64,000 bases of DNA, taken from NCBI GenBank assembly GCA_002269645.1, contig NIVC01000038.1:1446197-1510196 (forward strand). The letters run 5' to 3'. The position numbers and the translations under genes are program-made. The DNA is from Macrostomum lignano. Taxonomy: Eukaryota. This document shows positions 21,304 through 30,927 of the stretch, in pieces (the first letter of the stretch is position 1; every line of letters starts with the position of its first letter). The notes beneath the pieces were generated by a model. That model was not told the DNA's origin and searched no databases. It saw only the letters and a list, made by a program, of their open reading frames with translations.

Positions 21304-24300
21304 TTACCGTTCCTGTCTAGCTGGGAAAGGACTGGGAAATGGGAAAGGACAGTTCCCTTGCTGAGAAAGGGAACTGTCGCAGTCTAGGATGAAGGTACCC
21401 GCGCTAGGACTCAAGTCTGGGTAGGTCAACACTGGCGGCTCACACAGGCTCGCCTTCAGTTCCTGAAACGCATTCTCGTGAACTTGGCGCCAGACAAATT
21501 TCTCTGAACTTTTGGCTAAGGCGTACAGAGGCGTGGCTATGATAGAAAACCTGGGGACAAACTTTCTGTAATAATTAGCAAACCCCAGAAAGGATAACAG
21601 CTGCTTTTTGTCCCTAGGGGTACACCACTGTCGCACTGCTTCCGTCTTGGTGGGGTCCGCTTCAATCCCTCTCGAGGAGACCACGAATCCCAGAAACCTA
21701 AGCCTGTCTTTGAACAATTCACATTTAGATGGCCTGATCTTCAAGTTGGCTTTCCTAAGCTGCCAGAAAACAAGCGCTAGGTGGGATATCATCTCATCGT
21801 TATTCCTAGCCTTGATGATGATGTCGTCAAGGTAAATCAGGCTGACTCGCAACAGCAGTGGTCTGAAAACCTTATGCATAAGCTTAGCAAAACTGGCTGG
21901 GGCGGTCTTTATCCCGAAGGGAACAACGGTCCAACGGAAAGTCCCCTGAGGGCAGGAAAACGCGGTGAGATCGCGGTCAGCTTCCCTGATTCCTACTTGC
22001 CAGTACGCGCTCGTCAGATCTAAGCTGCTGAATACGCTGGAGCCCGCCAAACTATCGAATGACTCTTCTATCAGCGGCACAGGAAATGAGCACGGCTTTA
22101 TGTGCTTGTTTAGGGCGCGGTAGTCTACGCACAGGCGATACGTACCGTCCTTCTTTTTCACAAGCACAATTGGCGAAGACCAGTCAGAGTCACACTCCTC
22201 AACCACTCCCTGATCTAAAAGCTGGGCAATATGCTTGTCTAAGAACTCTTTCTGGGCCGGCGTTGTCCGCCTGGACGGTTGGGAAATCGGGCGGCAACTC
22301 GGGTCTTTGAGCTCGATCGTCATCTCATGCAGCGTGGTCTTGCCTAGATCTGTTTCGGACTGAGAAATTTGACTAAGGAAATAATTTAACATTTTTACGG
22401 TGGTATCCAGCTGCTTCTTAGTTAGGTTAGAGTCTAGCAAATTGAACTGGTTCATTAGCCACTTGGCTGTTCCTGGGTCTGGGTAGGGTAGTCTTGCCAG
22501 CTTGTCGTTAAGCAGATCTACCTTGTCGAAGCTGAAATCGCTTTCGTTTAGCCGGGTGCACACCACGCTCTCGTCGTCCCCTAGCTTCTTAAATGACGCT
22601 ACCTCCTCACCCTTGGCAACAGTAATCTCTTCTTCACTGCTATTCAGGACCCTAACTAACACGTGGCTGGTGGGGCTGACCTGGTCTAGAGAATTAGCGA
22701 CCACGATGGCCGAATCTGAATTGAACAGCCTCGCGCTGACAACCCCATGGGCGTTGCTCTCGGCGTCTATGGCTCTAGCTGGGACCAGGGCTTCTGAGCG
22801 CGGCGGCAGGACCGTGTCGCAAGCGGCGACCACACGGTTCACGCTACAGATGTCACTAGATCCCCGCAGGGTTGGGACATTCTCCCCTGCGCAAGTCACA
22901 CGGTCACAGGCCATGTCCATGACAATTTGGAAACTGCTGCAGAAATCCAGTCCTAAAAGCGTCTCACTCAGGGAGCCATCGATAACTAGGAAAATATGCT
23001 GCTTCTTCAGTTTGCCTAAGCTCAACTCACACTCGAGCTTTCCCAGGATTTCTGAGCTGGCTCCGTTGAACCCAGTCGCAGTTCGCTGGATTTGGGCGGG
23101 GGTGAAGACATTATTGATGGGATCCGCCTCTACTAGCCTGTCTCTTATCTTGGGGCAAATCAGCGATGCATTGGCTCCAGGATCCAAAAGGGCCACGGTC
23201 TTCGTCTCTCCGACCTCAATCTGAACATAAAATCCCGCCTTGTAGTGGGGCAGGTCGGAAGAGGCCTCCGCACACTTGGGGTCTACCGAATCTGCAGTCA
23301 CGCTGATGGCCCGGTCCCTGGTCTTTCCAGCTTCAGCAACTCGGCCGAAGGTCACATGGGTGCCCACTAGCTGGTGGTTTAAGGCCAGGTCCATCAGGGG
23401 CTGCACTAGCTGGGACAGGTGCACGAAAACTGAGTCTCCGATTTGGGAGGACCGGACGAACCCGTAGGAATCCTTCCAGTGGGTCACTACCCCCCTCTCT
23501 CTGGGCGGTCTCGGGCTCGACTTCCCTCTGTCCTTTGGGTCGACGAACGGCTGCGGAGCCCTGAACTTCGAAGGTGGCGCACTGGCACCCGGCTCTCTGG
23601 GATAGGGACACTCTGCGATCAGATGGTCTGTCTCCCCACACCTAAAGCACTTCGGTGGCCTACGGTTCTTGTGATTATAGTTACTGGAGTTCAGGACATG
23701 CTGCGGTGGCTGAAAACTCTGGGCTCCAGGGTGTCTATTGTCGTTTACTGTCGTTTGCTGCTGACTTGACTGTTTCCTTTCAAGCTCCTTGATCCTTGCC
23801 TTCAGGGCTTGGATCTCGTCTGACTCAACACTACGGACTTTCGGCGGTTCTGCTAATTTGAGTAATTGCCTAGTTTGGGCGGCGTCTCGTGCCCTGTTTA
23901 AAAGTCTTTCGAGAGACGGCCTTGGCTTCTCTTGCAGCAAATTGATTAACTTTTCTGCGATTGACTTGTCAGTTAACCCATAGCAAAATCGCGTCCTAAC
24001 TAAAGGCTCGTACTCATTGCGGCTTAAGTTCGCAGAGTTAGCAAGGCTAACGAGGCGATCGAAATATTCTTGAATACTTTCAGACTGCAGCTGCTGGGCG
24101 GAGGTAAGCTCTATATAAAACTGGTCCACATGCGTTGGTTCGCCGTACCGACCCTTAAGCTGCTTAACACCGGTTTCGAAAACTTTCTCGTGCAGTCTCT
24201 GGTTATAGAAGTACTCTTGGCACTCTGGCGACAACGATGACAGCAGTACAGCTGTCCAGTGCTCGCGTCCTATGTTATTCGCTTCTAAGTACAGGCTGAA

Positions 24301-24648
24301 CTGGGTCCACCAAATTTCGAATTTCATTTTGGGCGAATAGGCGGCTGGGGGCCTGAGCCGAGGGCTCGACTTTGAATACTTCACATTGTCACGGATCTCT
24401 GCCAAAGTTCTGGCCAGATCGCCCAGGGAAGTCTCGCACTCCTGCAGGTCACCTTCATCTGTCTCCGCCTCGTCATCACCAGCTGTCTCTGACAATCTAA
24501 TTTTACTGCCTACTGTCTCGCTTCTACCTCCTAGCTCTGTCTCCCCATTCCCACCTCCTGGCTCTGTCTCTCCACTTCTGCCTGTCCTAGCTCCACTCGC
24601 TGCTGGATCCTCTGTACTTGGCTTGGCTACCGACTCGGACTCTGCCAT
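21304..24648 (-). CDS. gag-pol: Gypsy Gag-Pol N-terminal part: capsid, CCHC knuckle, cold-shock domain, protease, RT, start of RNase H
   Basis: CFRCGETDHLIAECP; LLDPGA; WSSPIVLVKKKDGTYRLCVDYRALN; LDLTSAYWQ; PFGIKTAP; YLDDII; FILDCDSS. Separated from the downstream ORF by a net +19-nt lesion near 21320-21378. Confidence 0.95.
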   Translation of the reverse strand: MAESESVAKPSTEDPAASGARTGRSGETEPGGGNGETELGGRSETVGSKIRLSETAGDDEAETDEGDLQECETSLGDLARTLAEIRDNVKYSKSSPRLRPPAAYSPKMKFEIWWTQFSLYLEANNIGREHWTAVLLSSLSPECQEYFYNQRLHEKVFETGVKQLKGRYGEPTHVDQFYIELTSAQQLQSESIQEYFDRLVSLANSANLSRNEYEPLVRTRFCYGLTDKSIAEKLINLLQEKPRPSLERLLNRARDAAQTRQLLKLAEPPKVRSVESDEIQALKARIKELERKQSSQQQTTVNDNRHPGAQSFQPPQHVLNSSNYNHKNRRPPKCFRCGETDHLIAECPYPREPGASAPPSKFRAPQPFVDPKDRGKSSPRPPRERGVVTHWKDSYGFVRSSQIGDSVFVHLSQLVQPLMDLALNHQLVGTHVTFGRVAEAGKTRDRAISVTADSVDPKCAEASSDLPHYKAGFYVQIEVGETKTVALLDPGANASLICPKIRDRLVEADPINNVFTPAQIQRTATGFNGASSEILGKLECELSLGKLKKQHIFLVIDGSLSETLLGLDFCSSFQIVMDMACDRVTCAGENVPTLRGSSDICSVNRVVAACDTVLPPRSEALVPARAIDAESNAHGVVSARLFNSDSAIVVANSLDQVSPTSHVLVRVLNSSEEEITVAKGEEVASFKKLGDDESVVCTRLNESDFSFDKVDLLNDKLARLPYPDPGTAKWLMNQFNLLDSNLTKKQLDTTVKMLNYFLSQISQSETDLGKTTLHEMTIELKDPSCRPISQPSRRTTPAQKEFLDKHIAQLLDQGVVEECDSDWSSPIVLVKKKDGTYRLCVDYRALNKHIKPCSFPVPLIEESFDSLAGSSVFSSLDLTSAYWQVGIREADRDLTAFSCPQGTFRWTVVPFGIKTAPASFAKLMHKVFRPLLLRVSLIYLDDIIIKARNNDEMISHLALVFWQLRKANLKIRPSKCELFKDRLRFLGFVVSSRGIEADPTKTEAVRQWCTPRDKKQLLSFLGFANYYRKFVPRFSIIATPLYALAKSSEKFVWRQVHENAFQELKASLCEPPVLTYPDLSPSAGTFILDCDSSLSQQGNCPFPFPSPFPARQER

Positions 24649-25737
24649 GACCTTGGCAGCTAAGTATTACAGACACAGAGTACAGACACACTGGCAGGCA
24701 ACTAAAAGAGGGAACCCAGCAAGAAAAGAGCTAAGAATAAGAGAGAAAGTGGCAGCTTATAAAATAACTTAGCTATTGAGTCTCAATCTGTAAGCAATCC
24801 TATTATAGTTACTGCCACAATAGGCCCTATTCTACTTGACAAAAATGATGAATTCAGTCTTAACTGCGACGCTGAACTGCGGGTCCGGCCGTTGAAGGAG
24901 CTCGCCGCTCGCCAGGTCACTCGGTTCACCGCTCGGTTCGGTCTGTCTCAGCTCGGCTCGACTCGACTCGACTCGACTCGACTCGACTCGACTCGACTCA
25001 ACACAGCTCGACTCGCCTCGGTCGCTGACGCTGCCCAGCACTGGCCGGCGTTATCGATGGTCACCGCTGGCTGTAGGCTTAGGCTGAAGTCGCAGGCTGA
25101 TGAGTGATGACAGATTGCACTTGCACTGTTGACTGCAGTAGGCCCTCGCGCAGGTTGCAATCACAGGCAGTGTCCAATTGTAGCTGCAGCGGGCGCTTTA
25201 CCGGTGCGGCGCTCTCAACTCAATTAAAAATGAGGAGTACTCGCAAGCAGACAGACAAAAACACGATCCGATGACTCAGCAGACTTGTTGACAGATTTTG
25301 CAGAATTAGGCTGGCCTTGGGTTGGTACAAAACTGGTAAACAACTTAAGCCTTAGGGTTATTTCTTGACTTGTATTAGCCTCTAGGTCCGACAGACTAGC
25401 AAATTTGTGTTGACGATTGTCACGTGACTAATTGGCTGGCTGGGTTGGCTGCGGGTGGATGGCCTTGGCTTTGATCGCGTGACTTGGGGGTTGTTGTCCA
25501 GTTCAGAGTTGGCCGCCAAAGCGTAAACTGGTTCAGACCGGTTTTCTAGATCGGCAGACAGTACGCTCAGTACTTTGCAGTGGCGCTAGCAGATAGGCGG
25601 CTGACTGAGGTACAGGCAATGTCACTGGCAGTGGCAAGTTGGCTTCCTGTTGTCGACTGCAGATTGCATACGATGCAGATGGTTAGCAATGGTTGTCGGC
25701 GATGTAGATTGCAGGCTGGGTCAATTTTAATTTAGCC

Positions 25738-25755
25738 ATCTCGGTGGGACCTCCA
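25738..25755 (-). other. Primer-binding site complementary to the tRNA-Gln 3' end
   Basis: Minus strand TGGAGGTCCCACCGAGAT is the complement of ATCTCGGTGGGACCTCCA, the conserved metazoan tRNA-Gln 3' end as I recall it. It lies 6 nt from the 5' LTR. Confidence 0.85.
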
Positions 25756-25761
25756 AAATAA

Positions 25762-26210
25762 TGTGACGCGACCCTTCTTGTTCGGTGCTGACGGCTATGC
25801 ACTTATCAATAAATGAGTCTACGTAGCAAGAAAGTTTAGAATTTTAACTTCGACTGATTGTATTTAACCGTATTATATTATTTATTTGAAGACAGGAGTT
25901 AACTGTTGCTGTTAAATTATTGGTAGTAAGTACTAAGTATGGCGAATAGGCACAACGCGGCGGACAAACCAACAGCACACACGAGCCCAGCGAGACACGA
26001 AACACTAGAGAACAAAAATGCGATATAACCCACTTTTAAATAATGCAATACCCGTATTTCTATGAATGATACAGTAAAACAAATTTCATGTATAAATATA
26101 GAATAAATTTAAGATTCGTTTAATAAATAGTAGCTAGAGTAATAATATAATACTAAAAAGGCATTAATAACACTAGAATATTTTCAGAAATAAATATCAA
26201 CATCGTTACA
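25762..26210 (-). repeat. 5' LTR of the Gypsy element
   Basis: 449 bp, near-identical to 17255-17703. Confidence 0.98.
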
Positions 26211-26263
26211 CTGGATTTGCTCAACCATTTTCAAATCACTTAATTTGCAGAAAACCTTCCAGT

Positions 26264-26530
26264 TTATTTATTCATGGACAAACTGAGACAGCAAGCATTG
26301 CAAAAAATTGAATCAGATCGTAGCATACGCATAGATTTCGCGCCACAGAGAATGTAAGACCCAGTGTGAAAAAGTAAGCACTTGTAGTACTGAATTTTGC
26401 AGGAAAGTGCAGAAAAAGTTTCTGGTTTATACTGAACCTTCTGTACCATCATAGCTAAAGCAGAAAGAGGCAGCACATTGTTAATTTCAAGTCTTCCACG
26501 AGCAGTAATAGTTTTAATTCGAACACAAAG
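26264..26530 (-). pseudogene. Divergent TATA-binding-protein-like repeat in the Polinton relic
   Basis: IKTITARGRLEINNVLPLSALAMMVQKVQYKPETFSALSCKIQYYKCLLFHTGSYILCGAKS aligns by eye to a TBP core repeat (..YEPELFPGLIYRM..LLIFVSGKVVLTGAK). Confidence 0.65.
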
Positions 26531-26534
26531 TTAG

Positions 26535-26877
26535 CACATTGAACTCTGTTTATATTGCCTCGGAGCCAAAAGCCATTTGTTTTAATCTCTCGAAACAAAT
26601 TATAAACCAGAGATTAAATTTTAGGTTTCCAGCCGAGGGAGTTGAACAACTCAATGGAATTTCCTTGCCCAACATAGCATACCACCCAGTGACCAAATGA
26701 GCCATTCTGCTGAAGTAGGACAAAAACAAACTTGTTTTCAAGGTAAATTGATGATCGAAATTTTCTTTTTACATTCAAGGGCAGAGAATTTTTATAGCGC
26801 AAATGTAAAGTAACTATGAGAAATTTTTGGCAACACGAAAATTTTCTGACAGGATCAAATAGCTGAATTGCGTCCAT
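26535..26877 (-). pseudogene. Polinton adenain-like cysteine protease, decayed
   Basis: MDAIQL.. and GHWVVCYVGQGNSIELFNSLG (His motif; usual FDS reads FNS), in-frame stop at 26614, then NINRVQC. The ATG is 5 nt after the capsid stop, the MCP-PRO order typical of Polintons. Confidence 0.75.
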
Positions 26878-26882
26878 TCCAG

Positions 26883-27385
26883 TTAAGAGGAATAGTCTAG
26901 CAAAAGCTCTCGGTGCTTGGTGACCTCAATCAGCGATTCATACAGGCACATAACAATCAGGGACACCGCTTCATTCAGAGCCTGTTGGAGGCGAATCTCC
27001 ACCGCAGGTTGCCCTCCTTCTGTCCGTACCACAGAGCCGCTCCCTCGGGTGTGAGATCGAATGCAAACACCGTGTTGTTGTTGGAGGGGATAGGGGATCC
27101 ACGGAACCGAATTCGTGTGGCTTGCAGATTGACAGCTTTTTAGGTAGTGTAAGTAGTATTCTCTTACAAAGGATTTGTTTTCAGGTGTGAAGGCGCCGTG
27201 GCACACTGTTTCTTCACCTTTCTTTAGAGCCAACCGGCTGAGGTTGAAGCTCTGGAACTGGAACGGGCTCGAGTGATGATGACCATTGAATGCTCGGTGG
27301 CTCACGAAGGCCAGCATGATGAACTTCGGCAATTTTTAATGAAAGAATCCTTCAATGTTTTTAGACTTGATACCCTGGGGTCGAT
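26883..27385 (-). pseudogene. Polinton major capsid protein (PY) C-terminal third
   Basis: KLPKFIMLAFVSHRAFNG..SPFQFQSFNLSRLAL..; AVEIRLQQALNEAVSLIVMCLYESLIEVTKHRELLLDY matches the PY C-terminal consensus. One frameshift. Confidence 0.85.
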
Positions 27386-27762
27386 TAGTGAGTGTGGCTG
27401 TGAATGAGGCAGTGAATGAGGCTGTGATAGTGAGTGAGGCATATTGTACCTAATCTACGTTTCATGCTGGTTAATGCGCATGTTTTATTTTGAATATAAG
27501 TAATTTGGTGTCAAAATGAGTCACTACTGAAGTGAGGCAGTCCACCCCTTTGAGTCTAAAAGCATAGTGGATTTGACACGTACTATGAACGTGAAATATT
27601 TTGACCACCCCATTTCGAACCAATGAAAATTAGAGTGAACTTGTTGATGTCGAACATAAAGTCGAACATGATGTCGAATATAAAATGGGACTTCAGTTGG
27701 CCTTTCAAAGAACCAGATTTCTAATTGTCAATTAATTTCACTTTTTCAATAAATTAATCCAA

Positions 27763-30005
27763 ATGTCCAAACAATTGGAGTTCATAAAACAGCTGATAAG
27801 CCGCAAAGGCAAATGCTATGACGTCGCTAAGCGGCAAAAGTCGTTTGAGAAAGAGCTCGCCGCGTCTGATCGATTCCAGTTAATGGTAAGTGAAGGTGAA
27901 GAGCAATATTTTTACCAATAACTGCCCTGTCTCTACCATTCTGCTCTGTCTCTACCATTCTGCCCTGTCTCCACTTCTGCCCTGTCTGTACCAATTTCTA
28001 CCAACAACTGCAATTTTTCTACTCAGACCGATACGTCACAACCCGGCTCAGCTGAGCAGCCGCCCGCCGCAGCTCAGCAGCCGCCCGGTCCAGCTGAGCA
28101 GCCCAAGTCGCGTGCCGGGCAGGAGTACATTTGCCCATTCGGTGACTGCCTGCCAATAAAAGAGTCCCGTTTTAGTGACCACATGAAAAGAGCGCATCTG
28201 AATCTGCTCGAAGAGACGAAACAAAATCTGGCAAAGGATGGGGTTCCTGCATTTCTTCTACACAAAAGAGCCCTCCAGATTCTGCGTGCTTCTGGGAAGC
28301 TCAACACGCATCAGCTGACTGCCGGCCCAATGGCAGAGAAGGCGGTACAGTGCGACATCTGAGGCGAGTGGCGCAACGACAGAAATTTGCTGGCGAGCCA
28401 CACACACAACAGCCACCCAGACGCAGCAAGAGCTGCAAAGGAGCAGAAGCTGGCTGAGGCCAGAAGCAGAGTGCCGGCTAGACCAGCCGTGGCCGAGCAC
28501 CCGTCGACAGACGACGTTTAGGCACTCTGTGCGTTCTTGGCCAGCTCTCTCGGTGGGCGCAAGAAGCCGGCAATGGTACTCGAAATTCGGTGCTACCTGA
28601 AGTGGCTGATGCGTTCACTTGACATAGAGTCATTCAACTCACTGGTCATCGAAGACCAGCGCGACCGAATCAGCGCATATTTGGACAACCAGACCTACCC
28701 GATCCTCAAGCAGAGCGTCTCAGAACTCGAAAAAGTCGGCAACTTTCTGGTCACCCGACGCTATCAGCAAGTGATTGATGATGGGCTGCTGCAGCACCTA
28801 AAATCGTACAGGCAGTCGACAAAAAATTGGACTGCTAGTTCCATGGGTCCCAAGGCGAAATATTACGCGGACCTGATGGACCGGAAAGAAGAAGAGCTCC
28901 TGACCGGCGACCAAATTAAGGCCGTCTTCGAAATGAAGACCACCGTACTGGAGGAGGCTAGGTGCACAAAAGACCGGTGCGTTCTTATAATCTTTGAAAT
29001 GGCACTCAGTTTTGAAAATGGCACTTAGTTTTGAAAATGGCACTTAGTTTTGAAAATGGCACTTAGTTTTGAAAATGGCGCTTAGTTTTGAAAATGGCAC
29101 TTAGATTTTGAAGTGGCACCTAATCTTTGAAATGGCACTTAATCATGGGATTAAAAAATCTTGGCCTCAACATTGACACAGGACGGTGACATTCCTGGCC
29201 ATCAGGATGTGCATTTGTTTCGGCGATGGAAACGCTAAACCGGCAGGGCGTGGCCTCCGCCTGCAAAATTTCGGACGCACGCCGGTGGCTGAAGTCGCCG
29301 AATGAGCCTTTTGAAGTTATAGAGCACAAGTCAAATGAGGGCCACGGCTCAGCGTGGGCAAGTGTAACACCGTGCGCAGATTTGGTGATGCAGGTCCTGG
29401 TGCAACGATTTGCGAAGAGCCCGAGCGACGACGCTCAGGCGTTTGTATTTCGGTACGGCTCATTGGACCGCCTATTTTACCAGGATAGAAAACGGTACTC
29501 ACCGCTGCTGAACAATGTCACTATTTCTAAATTCCGCGAGTGGCTGGAAGTGATGGGCCTGGAAAACGCCACGGCGGAAGAACAGCGCTTGATGGCAGAT
29601 CACCAGAACCACACCGAAGGAGTGCAGCGCCGCTTTTACCATGTGAGAATTAATCAATTTGTCTTTAAAATCGCTTCACGAGCTAGGAATTTCTCAAGCT
29701 CTTTGAAAGGCTTCACTATATAGTATTTTGTGAAGTTTAGTGTTTATGAAACAAAAAGCTCCGAATAAGAATGTATTTTAAAAATTAAGTTTGCTTTTAT
29801 TATTATTAACATTTTCATCCCACCACGCAATCTAATCAGACCCAGACTAAGAAAAGAAGAGAGAATGACCGCCAGCTCACAAAGCGACTGGTCACAGAGG
29901 GCGCCGGCGTGCGTGAAGAGGACGTCAACGCCAAGGCTCCGCTGCTCGGCAATGACCTGCAATCGGCTGCTGGCAGCTTAGCGAGCAGAATTACCAGCGC
30001 CGCCA
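27763..30005 (+). pseudogene. Intron-containing C2H2 zinc finger plus tyrosine recombinase gene (Crypton-like), decayed
   Basis: Exons 27763-27885, 28027-28976, 29182-29642 and 29840-30005 with GT-AG ends. C2H2 motifs YICPFGDC..SDHMKRAH and QCDI*GE..SHTHNSH. YR motifs LNRQG (Arg), EHKSNEGHGSA (Lys), SKFR, HQNHTEGVQRRFY (His, Tyr at 29637). Stops near 28358 and 28518; frameshift near 29200. Confidence 0.75.
28990..29145. repeat. 20-bp tandem repeat (AAATGGCACTTAGTTTTGAA) inside the recombinase intron
   Basis: About 7 copies between donor 28977 and acceptor 29181. Confidence 0.9.
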
Positions 30006-30049
30006 GTGAGTGCATTATTGTTAAATAAGCTTTGTGAATTGAGATTTTC

Positions 30050-30320
30050 GTGAATTTTGACCTCAGTGAACTTTGTCAATTTGGCCAAGTGAATCAGGAC
30101 CTCAGGACCCTAGGTTACTATGAGTTGCTCAGAACTGAGGACGGTGTACGCAAGGTAGACTTATCTATGGGGCAGACTGATCCAAAGGTAGTCTTGCCCA
30201 AGTCTCTGGATAGTGAAGTATTTCACCAAATCCATGATTCACCGTTAGCGGGACACCTAGGTCGAGATAAAACTTTCCAGAAAATTAAAACTCGATTCTG
30301 GAGGCCAGGATTAGCAACAG
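30050..30320 (+). mobile_element. Short fragment of another Gypsy pol (integrase HHCC region)
   Basis: VVLPKSLDSEVFHQIHDSPLAGHLGRDKTFQKIKTRFWRPGL is the His-His half of the integrase zinc-binding domain. Confidence 0.85.
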
Positions 30321-30329
30321 CAGTTATAT

Positions 30330-30666
30330 CGATATATCTGACTCCAGCGATGAGCCGAACGATACGCAGGCTATAATCACTGTACTTCGCTCAAACCAGC
30401 GTCTGTTGCTGCTAAAGCCGGGCAAATTAGTTCTAGCTAAGTCAAAGGGTCACCAATACTGGCCAGCAGAAGTGACGAAGCGCCCAAGGTCAGGAACATA
30501 TTTAAAAAAACATCATAATAAGTCATGCGACTCGATTCACGTGCTCGAGCCTCGCACCCGTGACTGGGTTAACGACTTCAAGCCATTTTTTCCGATTTCG
30601 AGCAGCGAAATGCCCGATGACCTTAAAAAAGCCTTCGACCTGGTCAAGTTAAGAATGAGCAAATAA
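30330..30666 (+). CDS. PWWP-domain exon/ORF, probably the 3' end of the recombinase gene
   Basis: KPGKLVLAKSKGHQYWPAEV...DFKPFF...DLKKAFDLV fits the PWWP pattern (PGDLVWAK..GYPWWPA). Same strand as the YR gene; exact splice join unresolved. Confidence 0.7.
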
Positions 30667-30793
30667 GTTTTCAAAGTCCTTACTTGCATGTACGGGGCCA
30701 CTAGCAAAAAAGAGAAAAAATAGTTTATATAAATGTGAAGTGCACTTTCTAGTCTGAACAGGACCAAAGCTCACACAGCTATCTTTTACATGC

Positions 30794-30927
30794 AGTTTAG
30801 GGAATGGGTTCTGTCACAATTTGCATGGCAGTTTAGTGAATGGGCTCTGTCACAATTTGCATGGCAGTTTAGTGAATGGGTTCTGTCACAATTTGCATGG
30901 CAGTTTAGTGAATGGGTTCTGTCACAG
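30794..30927. repeat. 36-bp tandem repeat (GCAGTTTAGTGAATGGGTTCTGTCACAATTTGCATG), about 3.7 copies
   Basis: Direct periodicity. Confidence 0.9.

Larger units (their letters stand above)
17255..26210 (-). mobile_element. Full-length Ty3/Gypsy LTR retrotransposon (8956 bp), very recent insertion
   Basis: Two 449-bp LTRs bounded by TG...CA, 4-bp TSD CTGG (17251-17254, 26211-26214), a PBS and a PPT. Domain order gag-PR-RT-RH-IN. Confidence 0.98.

Noticed and set aside
21296-21380. Programmed ribosomal frameshift between the two Gypsy ORFs
   Set aside because: The break is in the middle of RNase H rather than at gag/pol, there is no slippery heptamer, and a 19-nt insertion explains it.
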